From assembly GCA_963796965.1 (NCBI GenBank), contig CAWCNS010000006.1:128001-192000 (forward strand): a stretch of DNA of 64,000 nucleotides, given 5' to 3'. A program made the translations under genes and the position numbers. The DNA comes from Calditrichia bacterium (lineage in GTDB: Bacteria; Calditrichota; Calditrichia; JAJRVZ01). The notes under the pieces were generated by a model. That model made no database searches. It worked only from the letters and a program-made list of their open reading frames with translations, and had not been told where the DNA came from. Below are positions 31,818 through 41,728 of the stretch, one piece after another (the first letter of the stretch is position 1; each line of letters begins with the position of its first letter).

Positions 31818-33731
31818 TTACTTATAGCTGCGTTGCGTAGGTGTTACATTTTCGAAGACCAGAGGTTCCTTATGTAGGTCCCAGTCCCTATCTAGCCCTT
31901 TAAATTCCCAGGCAGATGAATAGGAAAAATTTTCATCATCACGTAATGCTTCCCCTTCATCAGTCTGACTTTCATCTCTGAAATGTCCACCACATGATTC
32001 TTTTCTATTTAAAGCATCGACAGCCATCAATTCGGCTAATTCCATATAATCTGCTACACGGCCTGCAAATTCAAGATTCTTATTCATTGAATCAGCAGAT
32101 CCGGCAACCTTTACATTTTGCCAAAATTCATCTCGGATTTTGGGAATTTCTTTTATGGCATGTTTAAGACCTTCTTCATTTCTACTCATTCCTACATAGT
32201 CCCATAAAACACTTCCGATTTCCCGGTGAAATTCCTTAACAGTTTTATTCCCTTTAATCGATAATAATTTTTGATCTTTTTCTCCAACCTCAGAAAGTGC
32301 TTCCTTAAAAGCCTCGTCTTCAGTAGAAGATTTTTTTAGTTCAGTGCCAGCAAGATAGTCACCTATTGTATACGGAATGACAAAATACCCATCCGAAAGT
32401 CCCTGCATTAAGGCGCTGGCTCCTAACCGATTTGCTCCATGATCAGAAAAATTGGCTTCTCCAAGGACAAATAACCCAGGAACAGTACTCATTAGATTAT
32501 AATCTACCCATAGACCGCCCATCGTATAATGTACAGCAGGATATATGCGCATTGGTACTTGATAGGCATCCTCATCCGTAATAAGTTTATACATTTCGAA
32601 TAAGTTTCCATAACGTTCTTCAATCGTTTTACTTCCCAATCTCTCAATGGCATAAGCAAAATCAAGATAGACCGCGAGTCCAGTATCACCAATACCCCGG
32701 TCTTCATCACAGACTGCTTTAGCATTTCGGGAAGCTACATCTCGTGGAACCATATTTCCAAAGGTTGGATACCGTCTCTCAAGATAATAATCACGGTCCT
32801 CGTTTGGAATTTCACCAGGTGCACGTTTATCATCCTCATTTTTCGGAACCCAAACACGCCCATCATTTCTTAAACTTTCACTCATCAATGTTAGTTTAGA
32901 TTGATAATCACCCGATCGGGGGATACAGGTTGGATGGATTTGGACATAACAAGGATTTCCAAAATAAGCTCCCTTTTTGTGAGCACGCCAAATGGCACTG
33001 GCATTTGAATTCACTGCAAGGGTGCTAAGATAATAGGCTGTTCCATAACCACCTGTCGCCAGAATAACCGCATCTGCTAAGTGTGATTCATACTCCCCAG
33101 TAACAATATTGCGTGTTATAATTCCACGCGCTTTTCCATCAACAAGAACCAGGTCAACCATCTCATGTCGGGAATAAATTTGGACGGTACCCTCTCCAAC
33201 CTGGCGCATTAATGCACTATATGCACCAAGGAGTAATTGTTGACCGGTTTGTCCTCGGGCATAAAATGTTCTTGAGACAAGAGCCCCACCAAATGATCGG
33301 TTTGCAAATAAACCACCATATTCTCGCGCAAATGGAACTCCCTGGGCAACACATTGATCAATGATTTCATTACTTACCTGTGCAAGACGATAGACATTTG
33401 CTTCCCTTGCTCGATAATCCCCACCTTTAATAGTATCATAAAACAAGCGCCAGATGCTGTCCCCATCATTTTGATAATTTTTTGCTGCATTTATTCCACC
33501 CTGAGCTCCAATACTATGAGCCCGGCGAGGTGAATCCTGAATACAAAAGTTCTTAACATTATAACCCAACTCACCCAAAGAGGCAGCCGCTGAAGCCCCA
33601 CCTAATCCTGTTCCAACAACAATAATATTGAATTTTCTTTTATTTGCAGGATTCACAACACGCATCTCAAATTGATGTTTATCCCATTTTTGAGCAAGAG
33701 GTCCTGTTGGTATTTTTGAATCTAGTTTCAT
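31818..33731 (-). CDS. sdhA: Succinate dehydrogenase/fumarate reductase flavoprotein
   Basis: [39 protein letters not shown]. Confidence 0.94.
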   Translation of the reverse strand: MKLDSKIPTGPLAQKWDKHQFEMRVVNPANKRKFNIIVVGTGLGGASAAASLGELGYNVKNFCIQDSPRRAHSIGAQGGINAAKNYQNDGDSIWRLFYDTIKGGDYRAREANVYRLAQVSNEIIDQCVAQGVPFAREYGGLFANRSFGGALVSRTFYARGQTGQQLLLGAYSALMRQVGEGTVQIYSRHEMVDLVLVDGKARGIITRNIVTGEYESHLADAVILATGGYGTAYYLSTLAVNSNASAIWRAHKKGAYFGNPCYVQIHPTCIPRSGDYQSKLTLMSESLRNDGRVWVPKNEDDKRAPGEIPNEDRDYYLERRYPTFGNMVPRDVASRNAKAVCDEDRGIGDTGLAVYLDFAYAIERLGSKTIEERYGNLFEMYKLITDEDAYQVPMRIYPAVHYTMGGLWVDYNLMSTVPGLFVLGEANFSDHGANRLGASALMQGLSDGYFVIPYTIGDYLAGTELKKSSTEDEAFKEALSEVGEKDQKLLSIKGNKTVKEFHREIGSVLWDYVGMSRNEEGLKHAIKEIPKIRDEFWQNVKVAGSADSMNKNLEFAGRVADYMELAELMAVDALNRKESCGGHFRDESQTDEGEALRDDENFSYSSAWEFKGLDRDWDLHKEPLVFENVTPTQRSYK

Positions 33732-34423
33732 AGTGCCCCTCCGGTTACAAAATAAATCCATAATGGTAAAAAGATAAATCCAATTGCCATAATTACTGCA
33801 AAAACGCTTCCCGCAGTGAAGATAATGGGTGTAAAGCGTATGCCATTAAGGCCCAATGATTGGAAGGCACTCCAAAATCCGTGACTTAGATGAAATCCAA
33901 GCAAAATCATAACGACTATATATAGGATAACATTAATTATATTTCCATAAAATTGATATACCAAGACATATAAATCTCTTACAACCTTACCATCAGATGT
34001 TGTATATATAATAATTTCACCAAATTTAAAATGCATCAAGTGCCAAATAAGAAATACTATTATTACAATTCCGGTATAGATCATTGTTGTAGATGCCAAT
34101 GATTTTTTACTTGTGTGATTTGCATTTTTTACAACGGCATATCCCTGGGGTCGGGCTCTCCAATTATTAATTGTTACTATAATTGCATAAGTCATATGAA
34201 TAATAAATACCGAGGCCAGCATTAATTCTGCCAGATAAATTACTGTTCCCAGCTCCTGCGTTAAAAAATGGGAATACTTATTAAAAGGATCTTTATCTGG
34301 AATGAGAAGAGTTATATTGCCGATCAGATGGATGACAATGAAGCCGCAGAGCATAAGACCGGTCAACCCCATAAAGATTTTCTTGCCGAGGGAGGAAAAT
34401 GTAGACATAGAAAATCGCATCAT
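33728..34423 (-). CDS. sdhC: Succinate dehydrogenase cytochrome b subunit
   Basis: Five TM helices with conserved His; [14 protein letters not shown]; stop overlaps the sdhA start. Confidence 0.9.
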   Translation of the reverse strand: MMRFSMSTFSSLGKKIFMGLTGLMLCGFIVIHLIGNITLLIPDKDPFNKYSHFLTQELGTVIYLAELMLASVFIIHMTYAIIVTINNWRARPQGYAVVKNANHTSKKSLASTTMIYTGIVIIVFLIWHLMHFKFGEIIIYTTSDGKVVRDLYVLVYQFYGNIINVILYIVVMILLGFHLSHGFWSAFQSLGLNGIRFTPIIFTAGSVFAVIMAIGFIFLPLWIYFVTGGAL

Positions 34424-34745
34424 TTCTTCGCTCCGATGATTAAGTGGTTGGTTGGATGGATAAAATAGTTAGTCAGAATAATATATAAATTCTTTGTTTT
34501 AAATCCGTAGACCTCCAATTTTTAAATAACTGATTGAGCATTTAATTTTGGGAATGAAATAAAGATCAGAAATGTTGTGAATTTTTTTTCAATCCTCATG
34601 AAAAACTTAAAGGCGGGCGTCAATAAATGCAAACATTTTTTATTCTGGATTACATCATATTGACCAATTAGAAGAAAAATGCAAAATAATATTATTTACA
34701 TGTTAAAACTAGTACAACAGAAAAATACTTTTTTTTAATAAAATT

Positions 34746-35525
34746 TTATTTAAGTGTTTCAAGTAATAGAATTTTCACAGCTTCCCAAGACCTCTTATCG
34801 GCATTATAATTATATGCTTCGCCGCTCGATGGCTCAAAACCCAATTCATAATATGTAAATCCATGAACAGCTCCTCCATAAGCATTAATTTGCCAGTCAT
34901 TATTCTCACTGTTCATTTCAACCTTAAAAGATTCTAATTCTTCCCTGGGTATTTTCGGATCATCAGATCCCATTAAAATTAGAATTGGACATTTAATTTT
35001 CTGGTTAGTTTCAGTCTTCAGAGGGGTAAGTTTTCCGAAATAGTTTACTGTAGCAGATAAATTGGCGCCACTTCTTGCAAGTTCCATAGCAACCATACCC
35101 CCAAAGCCATATCCAATGACTGCTATTCGTGAGGCATCTACTTTTGAATGATCAGTTAAATTGCCTAAACCTAATTGTGCTCTTTGTGGTATCAATGTTT
35201 GATCTTCACCGAAAAAAGGTTCTAATAGTTTATCCATATCGGTCATATCATTAATAATAATATCTTTACCAAATAGATCCAATGCAAATGCAATATAACC
35301 GAGTTTGGCCAACTCCTCCGCTCTTTTTTTTGTAAAATCATTCAGCCCATATTTGTCATGTATAATCAGAACACCGCCTCGCTTTGATTTAAGCAACTTA
35401 TCATAGGCGAGAAATCCTTCAAGTTCTACATCTCCATCCTGATATAAAATGAGTTCGGTCTTGACCTGTGCCTGGATAATTGAGGTAAGAACGAAAAATG
35501 AAATCATGATAATGAAAGTCTTCAT
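34746..35525 (-). CDS. Dienelactone hydrolase family protein
   Basis: Signal peptide, GYIAFALD, GYGFGG (Gly where the family usually has the nucleophile Cys), AVHGFT. Confidence 0.8.
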   Translation of the reverse strand: MKTFIIMISFFVLTSIIQAQVKTELILYQDGDVELEGFLAYDKLLKSKRGGVLIIHDKYGLNDFTKKRAEELAKLGYIAFALDLFGKDIIINDMTDMDKLLEPFFGEDQTLIPQRAQLGLGNLTDHSKVDASRIAVIGYGFGGMVAMELARSGANLSATVNYFGKLTPLKTETNQKIKCPILILMGSDDPKIPREELESFKVEMNSENNDWQINAYGGAVHGFTYYELGFEPSSGEAYNYNADKRSWEAVKILLLETLK

Positions 35526-35783
35526 GCTCAGCCCCTTTTTTTTTACACCTCCTACATTTTATGCCCTATATAAGCATATTTAGAGATATCTATTATAAGT
35601 TTAATAAATGCTCTTATCACATAAAATTGATAGATATGTACTGAAATATGAAACCCATGTCTTAACTAAAATTATTCTCCCTAAATCTAAATTCGTCATA
35701 TTTTTAAAAATCTTAGATAAAAATTTGTAATATTTTTATTCTGCGGGTAATTTCCAACGAATTTTAACCTTATTGAGGAATAG

Positions 35784-36332
35784 ATGTCCAGATTACTAAA
35801 AAAACTGATTATTATATTTTCAATTATCGTTTTCATTCTATTTTTATCTCTTTTAGTAGCAGCATGGTCACTGGGAGCATTTGCCCCTGTTACATTGAGT
35901 TTAAAAGAGCAGGGTCCCTATTATTTTCTTACTTCAAAAACAATGATCTATTATAAAGATATTCCTCAACAACTGGAAAATATTAATAGGTTTTCTGGTC
36001 AAGGAAATCATAATTTTGGACGTTCTGGTGCTTTAATTTATTCAGATCTAACAAAGATTCCTCTTGATGAAATAGTAGTTCAAGCCGGATATATTGTCTT
36101 TGATTCGCTTGAGGTTGATACAAATTTAATAATAATAGAGATTGATAAAAGAAAAGTGTTAGTAGTTACTATCGAGACAAATCCATCAATTGCCGTCTTT
36201 AAAATTTATCCATCTCTTATGAATTGGTTGGAAAGAAACAGAAAATCTTATCATTTCAACTTTCCTGCTCTTGAATTATATAAAGACATGAATTTTACTT
36301 TGGAAATCCCCCTAATATCTAATAAAAAATAA
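35784..36332 (+). CDS. Membrane-anchored hypothetical protein, possibly GyrI-like
   Basis: N-terminal TM helix; KIYPxL..W and LELY resemble GyrI-like domains. Confidence 0.5.
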   Translation: MSRLLKKLIIIFSIIVFILFLSLLVAAWSLGAFAPVTLSLKEQGPYYFLTSKTMIYYKDIPQQLENINRFSGQGNHNFGRSGALIYSDLTKIPLDEIVVQAGYIVFDSLEVDTNLIIIEIDKRKVLVVTIETNPSIAVFKIYPSLMNWLERNRKSYHFNFPALELYKDMNFTLEIPLISNKK

Positions 36333-36436
36333 AAAATCATATTATATTTCATGATTTTATAATCCCAAGTAATTTTAGCATTCTTATTCTATATTTCCTA
36401 AGAACCAGAAAATAAATTGAAAGAATAGAAAAATAT

Positions 36437-37556
36437 ATGAGAATAAAGACTACTAATTTAACGAATACTAAAAAAGAGCGATGTTTACTTATCGGCGTAT
36501 CGACACCAAATGAAACCAAACATAATGTTAAGCATAATCTTTCCGAGCTTTCTGATTTAGTCCTTACCGCTGAGGGATTTGTTGTTGACAAGATAATACA
36601 AGAGCGTAAGAGATATGATTCTGCCTATTATATTGGTAAGGGGAAAGCCAACCAAATTGCACAGAGAATTCAGATAGAATCGATAGACATGGTTATATTT
36701 GATAATGAACTGAGCCCGGCCCAAATTAGAAATTGGGAAAAACTTACTGAGATTAAAGTTATAGACCGTTCTGCCTTAATATTGGATATTTTCGCTTCCC
36801 ATGCCCGCAGTCGGGAAGCCCGTACGCAGGTAGAACTTGCCCAATTAACCTATCTCTTACCACGTTTAACACGTCAATGGAGTCATCTTTCTCGTCAAGT
36901 TGGGGGTATTGGCACAAAAGGCCCTGGTGAAACACAGCTTGAGACTGACAGACGCTTGGTGCGAACACGTATTTCTCATCTAAAAAAAGATTTCGACTCG
37001 TATTGAACGTCAAAGAAATACACAGCGAAAAAGAGCCGGTAATTTCATTCGCGTTTCACTTATTGGATATACAAATGCGGGGAAGTCGACTTTACTCAAT
37101 ATTTTAACTGGGGCAGATGTCCTGGTTGAAAATAAATTATTTGCTACACTTGATACAACAACTCGACGGTTAAGAATAAATAGAGATAAAACTATATTGA
37201 TTTCTGATACAGTTGGATTTATAAATAAATTACCCCATCATTTAATTGCCTCATTTCAATCGACCTTAGCCCAGACAAATGAGGCGGACTTGTTATTACA
37301 CGTTGTAGATATAAGCGATCCTGCTTATTCAGAACACATAGAAGTCGTGAGGAAACTAATGGGAAAGATGAATATCGAAGAAAAGCCTACATTTATTATA
37401 TTTAATAAGGTTGACAAAGTAGAGGGATATTCTACACTACAGTTTGCTCAAGAAAAATATCCAGATGCTTTATTAATTTCCGCAAAAAAAAATATACGGG
37501 TTGAGAAAATAAAAGAAAAATTGGCTCGTTTGAGTCTATCCAATGCGAACTATTAA
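36437..37556 (+). CDS. hflX: GTPase HflX (one frameshift near 36990)
   Basis: ILDIF, QVELAQL, GPGETQLETDRR; next frame GYTNAGKST, LFATLD, DTVGF, NKVD. Confidence 0.9.
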
Positions 37557-37714
37557 ATATATATTTATTGAAACTAATCGAAATAAGATAATATTTTCAA
37601 CATTCATTTATCAAATCCCATGTATAGTTTATCAGTTAAATTGACTATAAACACACGATAATGGGCCCTTGCCAACAGTATTATAAATCTACACTAAAAT
37701 TATTGTTTTAAAAT

Positions 37715-37744
37715 CCTATAAAAGGAGAATTATGCCTCCTTATA
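37715..37744 (-). terminator. Putative terminator downstream of the peptide array
   Basis: AAGGAG-8 nt-CTCCTT hairpin followed by a short T-rich tail, about 20 nt after the stop of peptide 4. Confidence 0.45.
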
Positions 37745-37764
37745 ACTTTTGAGATATCCAATAT

Positions 37765-37950
37765 CTATTTTTCAGATTTTTCGGCAAGATTTATTACAAC
37801 ATTCATTGAAGGCGGTAACGGTAATGATGTTGAAGCATAAGTTTTTGTTCCAATAAGACTCTTAATTGTTGAATTAATCTGTGGGGACGCGGAGCCAACA
37901 ATTGACAATATGAAAGCAGTAATTACTATTGATCCCAATATTTTTTTCAT
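37765..37950 (-). CDS. Small secreted Pro-motif peptide 4 (61 aa), diverged paralog
   Basis: AAGGAG SD, MKK plus hydrophobic stretch; Y38, S40 and P46-P47 in register with peptides 1-3. Confidence 0.75.
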   Translation of the reverse strand: MKKILGSIVITAFILSIVGSASPQINSTIKSLIGTKTYASTSLPLPPSMNVVINLAEKSEK

Positions 37951-37993
37951 CCTAATACTCCTTAGACAGTTTAATATAGTTTGTCAAAAAATT

Positions 37994-38155
37994 TTATTCT
38001 TTTGGTGGAACTTTTGGCGGCTTAGCTGGAACGATTGATGAATATTCAGTCCCACTACTCAACTCTTGATCCAATCCTTTATCATTTATGGGAAGAGATA
38101 ATAAATACATCAACAACAGAGACGCTGCTATGAGCGTAAATAATAATTTCTTCAT
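37994..38155 (-). CDS. Small secreted Pro-rich peptide 3 (53 aa)
   Basis: MKKLLFTLIAASLLLMYLLSLPINDKGLDQELSSGTEYSSIVPAKPPKVPPKE; AGGAG SD. Confidence 0.85.
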   Translation of the reverse strand: MKKLLFTLIAASLLLMYLLSLPINDKGLDQELSSGTEYSSIVPAKPPKVPPKE

Positions 38156-38438
38156 TTTAATTTTCTCCTATAATAAATAATGACTATTCAACTTCTTTTG
38201 GTGGAACTTTTGGTGGTTTCGCTGGAACGATTGATGAATATTCAGTCCCACTACTCAACTCTTGATCCAATCCTTTATCATTTATGGGAAGAGATAATAA
38301 ATACATCAACAATAGAGACGCTGCTATGAGTGTAAATAATAATTTCTTCATTTTAATTTTCTCCTATAATAAATAATGACTATTCAACTTCTTTTGGTGG
38401 AACTTTTGGTGGTTTCGCTGGAACGATTGATGAATATT
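37997..38438. repeat. 196-bp tandem repeat, about 2.25 copies (peptide gene duplication)
   Basis: TTCTTTTGGTGGAACTTTTGG recurs at 37997, 38193 and 38389. Confidence 0.92.
38184..38351 (-). CDS. Small secreted Pro-rich peptide 2 (55 aa)
   Basis: MKKLLFTLIAASLLLMYLLSLPINDKGLDQELSSGTEYSSIVPAKPPKVPPKEVE; AGGAG SD. Confidence 0.85.
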   Translation of the reverse strand: MKKLLFTLIAASLLLMYLLSLPINDKGLDQELSSGTEYSSIVPAKPPKVPPKEVE

Positions 38439-38547
38439 GATCTCCACTACTGAAATTCTCATTAACGGTAAGTGTCATGGTTGGAAACATAAATAAGAAG
38501 GATAAGAGTGCTAATCCCAGTAGAATCGTGATTATTATCTTTTTCAT
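38380..38547 (-). CDS. Small secreted Pro-rich peptide 1 (55 aa)
   Basis: MKKIIITILLGLALLSFLFMFPTMTLTVNENFSSGDQYSSIVPAKPPKVPPKEVE; GGAG SD. Confidence 0.85.
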   Translation of the reverse strand: MKKIIITILLGLALLSFLFMFPTMTLTVNENFSSGDQYSSIVPAKPPKVPPKEVE

Positions 38548-39037
38548 TTGAAATTCTCCATTTACAATTATTTTCTATTTATTTGATCACATTATTAATT
38601 ATATTATCCATATTTTAAGTATAGATCATAAAAATTAGCTGTATTAAACAATATATAAATACGACAAATTGATTTTTGATACTAAAATCATATTTATCAT
38701 TCTTGATATCTTGTTACAGTCTAACACTAGATGTAAGCTTGATAATATGCTATACTAAAATAATGAAAATTATAGGGGATTATAAAAAGTGAGTAGTAAT
38801 AAATAAATAATATAAACTTTAATGTGCAAAGTCATTTGTCTACTACTATAAATCTATTCCCCAAGCCCATTTATTGCAATGGCAATAAATCCAAATAGAA
38901 TATATAATAATTGATATGAAAATGCAATATAATAATAAAAATTAATCTTTATTAAGATTGTGGTAGGAATACAATAATTTCAAAATTGTATTTATGATAG
39001 GACGATTGATGAATTTATCGTCAAATGGTAGACCAAT

Positions 39038-40558
39038 TTAAGTAAGTGCTCCTCTAATCTTTTCTGTCATGTGCTCTAAACGATAAGGTTTTTCCAAATA
39101 CGCAACAATACCCATTTTTTCCAATTCTCTTTTCTTTTCAATCTCCCCCATTCCAGAGGCAATAATTACTTTTATATTCGGATTCAATTGTTTCAAATTT
39201 TCAAAACATACCTTTCCATTCATCTCAGGCATTAAAAGATCAAGTATAACCAGACTGACTTCGTCAGTATACTTTTTATAAATATCTAACCCCTCAATCC
39301 CTGAAGCAGCCAATAATACTTTAAAACCTAGAATATTTAGCATATCACGAGCCATTTCACGGATCATTTTTTCATCATCGATCACTAAAATTGATTGCCC
39401 GTTTCCAATGGGCTTCATAATGAATTCTGTAGCATCTTTTTCAATAGATTTTTCAGCAGCGGGTAAATATAAGGTAAAGGTTGTCCCGGAGCCAGGTATA
39501 CTATTTACCTCAATTTTCCCCCCTGCGTTTTTAACAATACCATATACCATTGATAAACCCAAACCCGTCCCTTTACCTGGACCCTTGGTAGTATAAAAGG
39601 GATCAAAAATATGTTCAAGCTTTTGCGCTTCAATACCTTCCCCAGTATCTGCTATTTGAAAACATACGTAATGACCTGGAAAAAGACCTTTTTTTTCAAC
39701 TCCTGAACTGTGATCCACAAAATAATTTCTTGCAGCAAATATAATTTTCCCTTCACCTTCCATTGCGTCTTTAGAATTTATTGATAGGTTCATTAGGATT
39801 TGTTGTAAACTAGTCGCATCAATTTTAGCAAAGTTTAAATTGTTGGGAAAATCCACTTTAATTTCAATACTTTTATCAAAAAGTTTTCTAATAATATCAA
39901 TTGTTTCCTTGGCAGCCTTGGTAAAATTTATAATTTGACCCTTTTTTTCTTTATCATTTCGGGCAAAATTTAATAGTTTTCTTACAATTTCTGCTGCCCT
40001 ATAGGCTGATTTTTGGATTGCTTCTGCTCGTGCAAAATTATTTGGATCATTCTCACTTGTCATTTTGATTAGCTCAGCATTTGGGATTATTCCCGTTAAT
40101 ATATTGTTAAATTCGTGGGCAACGCCACTCGCCAACATCCCAATACTTTCCATTTTTTGTGCTTGCAAGAGTTGTTGTTGCATCTTTTTAATATATGTCA
40201 TATCCTTAATCAGCACTGACATTCCAATAACCTGATTTGTAGGATCATTAATATTATTAATTGTTAACAATGCCGGGAATCGTTTGTCAGTAGATGAATA
40301 CAAATCAATCTCAAAATCTTTAATAAAACCTTCGTCATCAAGAAGTGTTTTTATATTATTTATATACAATTGTTCTCTGACTATTTCATCAAAAAAATTT
40401 ACATCTATCACTGATTCTTTATAAGATAACATTTCCATAGCTGAAAGATTGAGGTAAATGAAATTTCCAGATTTATTTATCGTACAAAAACCGTCTTTTA
40501 ATTCTTCAACGATAGTGACTAATCTAGGAACCCCATAATCACTTTTTTTTAACAACAT
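39038..40558 (-). CDS. Soluble PAS-histidine kinase-receiver hybrid
   Basis: Single PAS, H-box SGVAHEFNN, DTGEG, GTGLGL, C-terminal REC (IDDE, DLLMP); no TM segment visible. Confidence 0.92.
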   Translation of the reverse strand: MLLKKSDYGVPRLVTIVEELKDGFCTINKSGNFIYLNLSAMEMLSYKESVIDVNFFDEIVREQLYINNIKTLLDDEGFIKDFEIDLYSSTDKRFPALLTINNINDPTNQVIGMSVLIKDMTYIKKMQQQLLQAQKMESIGMLASGVAHEFNNILTGIIPNAELIKMTSENDPNNFARAEAIQKSAYRAAEIVRKLLNFARNDKEKKGQIINFTKAAKETIDIIRKLFDKSIEIKVDFPNNLNFAKIDATSLQQILMNLSINSKDAMEGEGKIIFAARNYFVDHSSGVEKKGLFPGHYVCFQIADTGEGIEAQKLEHIFDPFYTTKGPGKGTGLGLSMVYGIVKNAGGKIEVNSIPGSGTTFTLYLPAAEKSIEKDATEFIMKPIGNGQSILVIDDEKMIREMARDMLNILGFKVLLAASGIEGLDIYKKYTDEVSLVILDLLMPEMNGKVCFENLKQLNPNIKVIIASGMGEIEKKRELEKMGIVAYLEKPYRLEHMTEKIRGALT

Positions 40559-41666
40559 TTATTTTCCGGATTTATTAATGTTTTGCTTTTTAAAAAAGAA
40601 TCCCATAGCATCATACCATCTTTTATGCCAGGTAATAATAGCTAAGAACAGCCGATATGAGTAATGCTAATATTAATATAAGTATGTTCATTTTTATAAA
40701 TATTTGAAAATTATCAAAAGTGAATAAATAAATTCCAAGAAAAACCATAACTATAATTCCTGTAAATACTAGAGATCTGTTCATGCTTGAATAAAATGAT
40801 ATTAACATTCCTTTCCTCGGCTTTTCTACAAAACCTTGAAGCATATAATAGTTTTCAATGTACTTCTCATTTTTTTGTGATTCTGGATGAATAAGATAAA
40901 TTATTCTGACTATCCAAAGAACGCTAAGAATAAGATATAAAACGAAATTAAAATACTGAACAAACAAAAAGAAGATGGCATTGTTTGGCATACTAAATGT
41001 GTGTAGTATTTCAATACCAATAATCACTGTATATACAGAAATAATATTTGAGAGATATTCTGAAAAAAGCAATTTAGTTCGGGTATATTGATGCCAAAAT
41101 ACTGCAAGTAGTGAAAAATTAATTAAATTTATGTAGTAAGAATGGGTAAATAATGGCTCTAAACCATCTAGGAATTCACTATATAAAAAAATTGGGCCAT
41201 ATATTATCAATGATATTATTAAAGTAAAGCTAACTGACCATAGTACAATTTTGTTCTTTCCTCTTGCGGGAGATAGAGACAAAAAAAAGAGATAAAAAGT
41301 AATGAACAATTGAAAGACAACAATGTATATATAAGTTACATGGTAAATTATATATACAGTTAATGTAGAGAATATATTGTTTGTAAAGATATAAAATAAG
41401 ACAAGAACAACATATGGAGTGTACCAAATACTTAATATTAGAACCAAAGTTTTATTCACTTTGCTCTGTCTGAAATTTATCCATGATATACACGCAATTA
41501 TATAATGAAAATTTAAATTAACATAATAAATCAGGTCCTGACCATCATGTATAATACTTACTTGTAATAAACGCAAAATTATTAGAAATAGTAATTCACA
41601 AACCAAAAGTTTATATAAAATGTTTAATCTTGAATTATTCATCAATAATAGTTTTTTTAAACACAT
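40559..41666 (-). CDS. Polytopic membrane protein of unknown function (probable 1-nt indel near the 3' end)
   Basis: About 9 hydrophobic segments. The track ORF ends at 40623, but the alternative frame AIITWHKRWYDAMGFFFKKQNINKSGK* ends at 40559, abutting the kinase ATG. Confidence 0.75.
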
Positions 41667-41728
41667 GTATAAAGTACGAAAATTCTATTAATTAGATTTA
41701 TTTCTCTCATCAAATATAAAATGACTAA

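Noticed and set aside
36975..37010. Programmed frameshift in hflX at the A7 run
   Set aside because: No stimulatory structure is evident and many neighbouring genes have similar breaks, so a sequencing indel is more parsimonious.
37997..38438. Repeats as a CRISPR array
   Set aside because: The period is 196 bp, the intervening sequences are themselves duplicated and protein-coding, and no cas genes are present.
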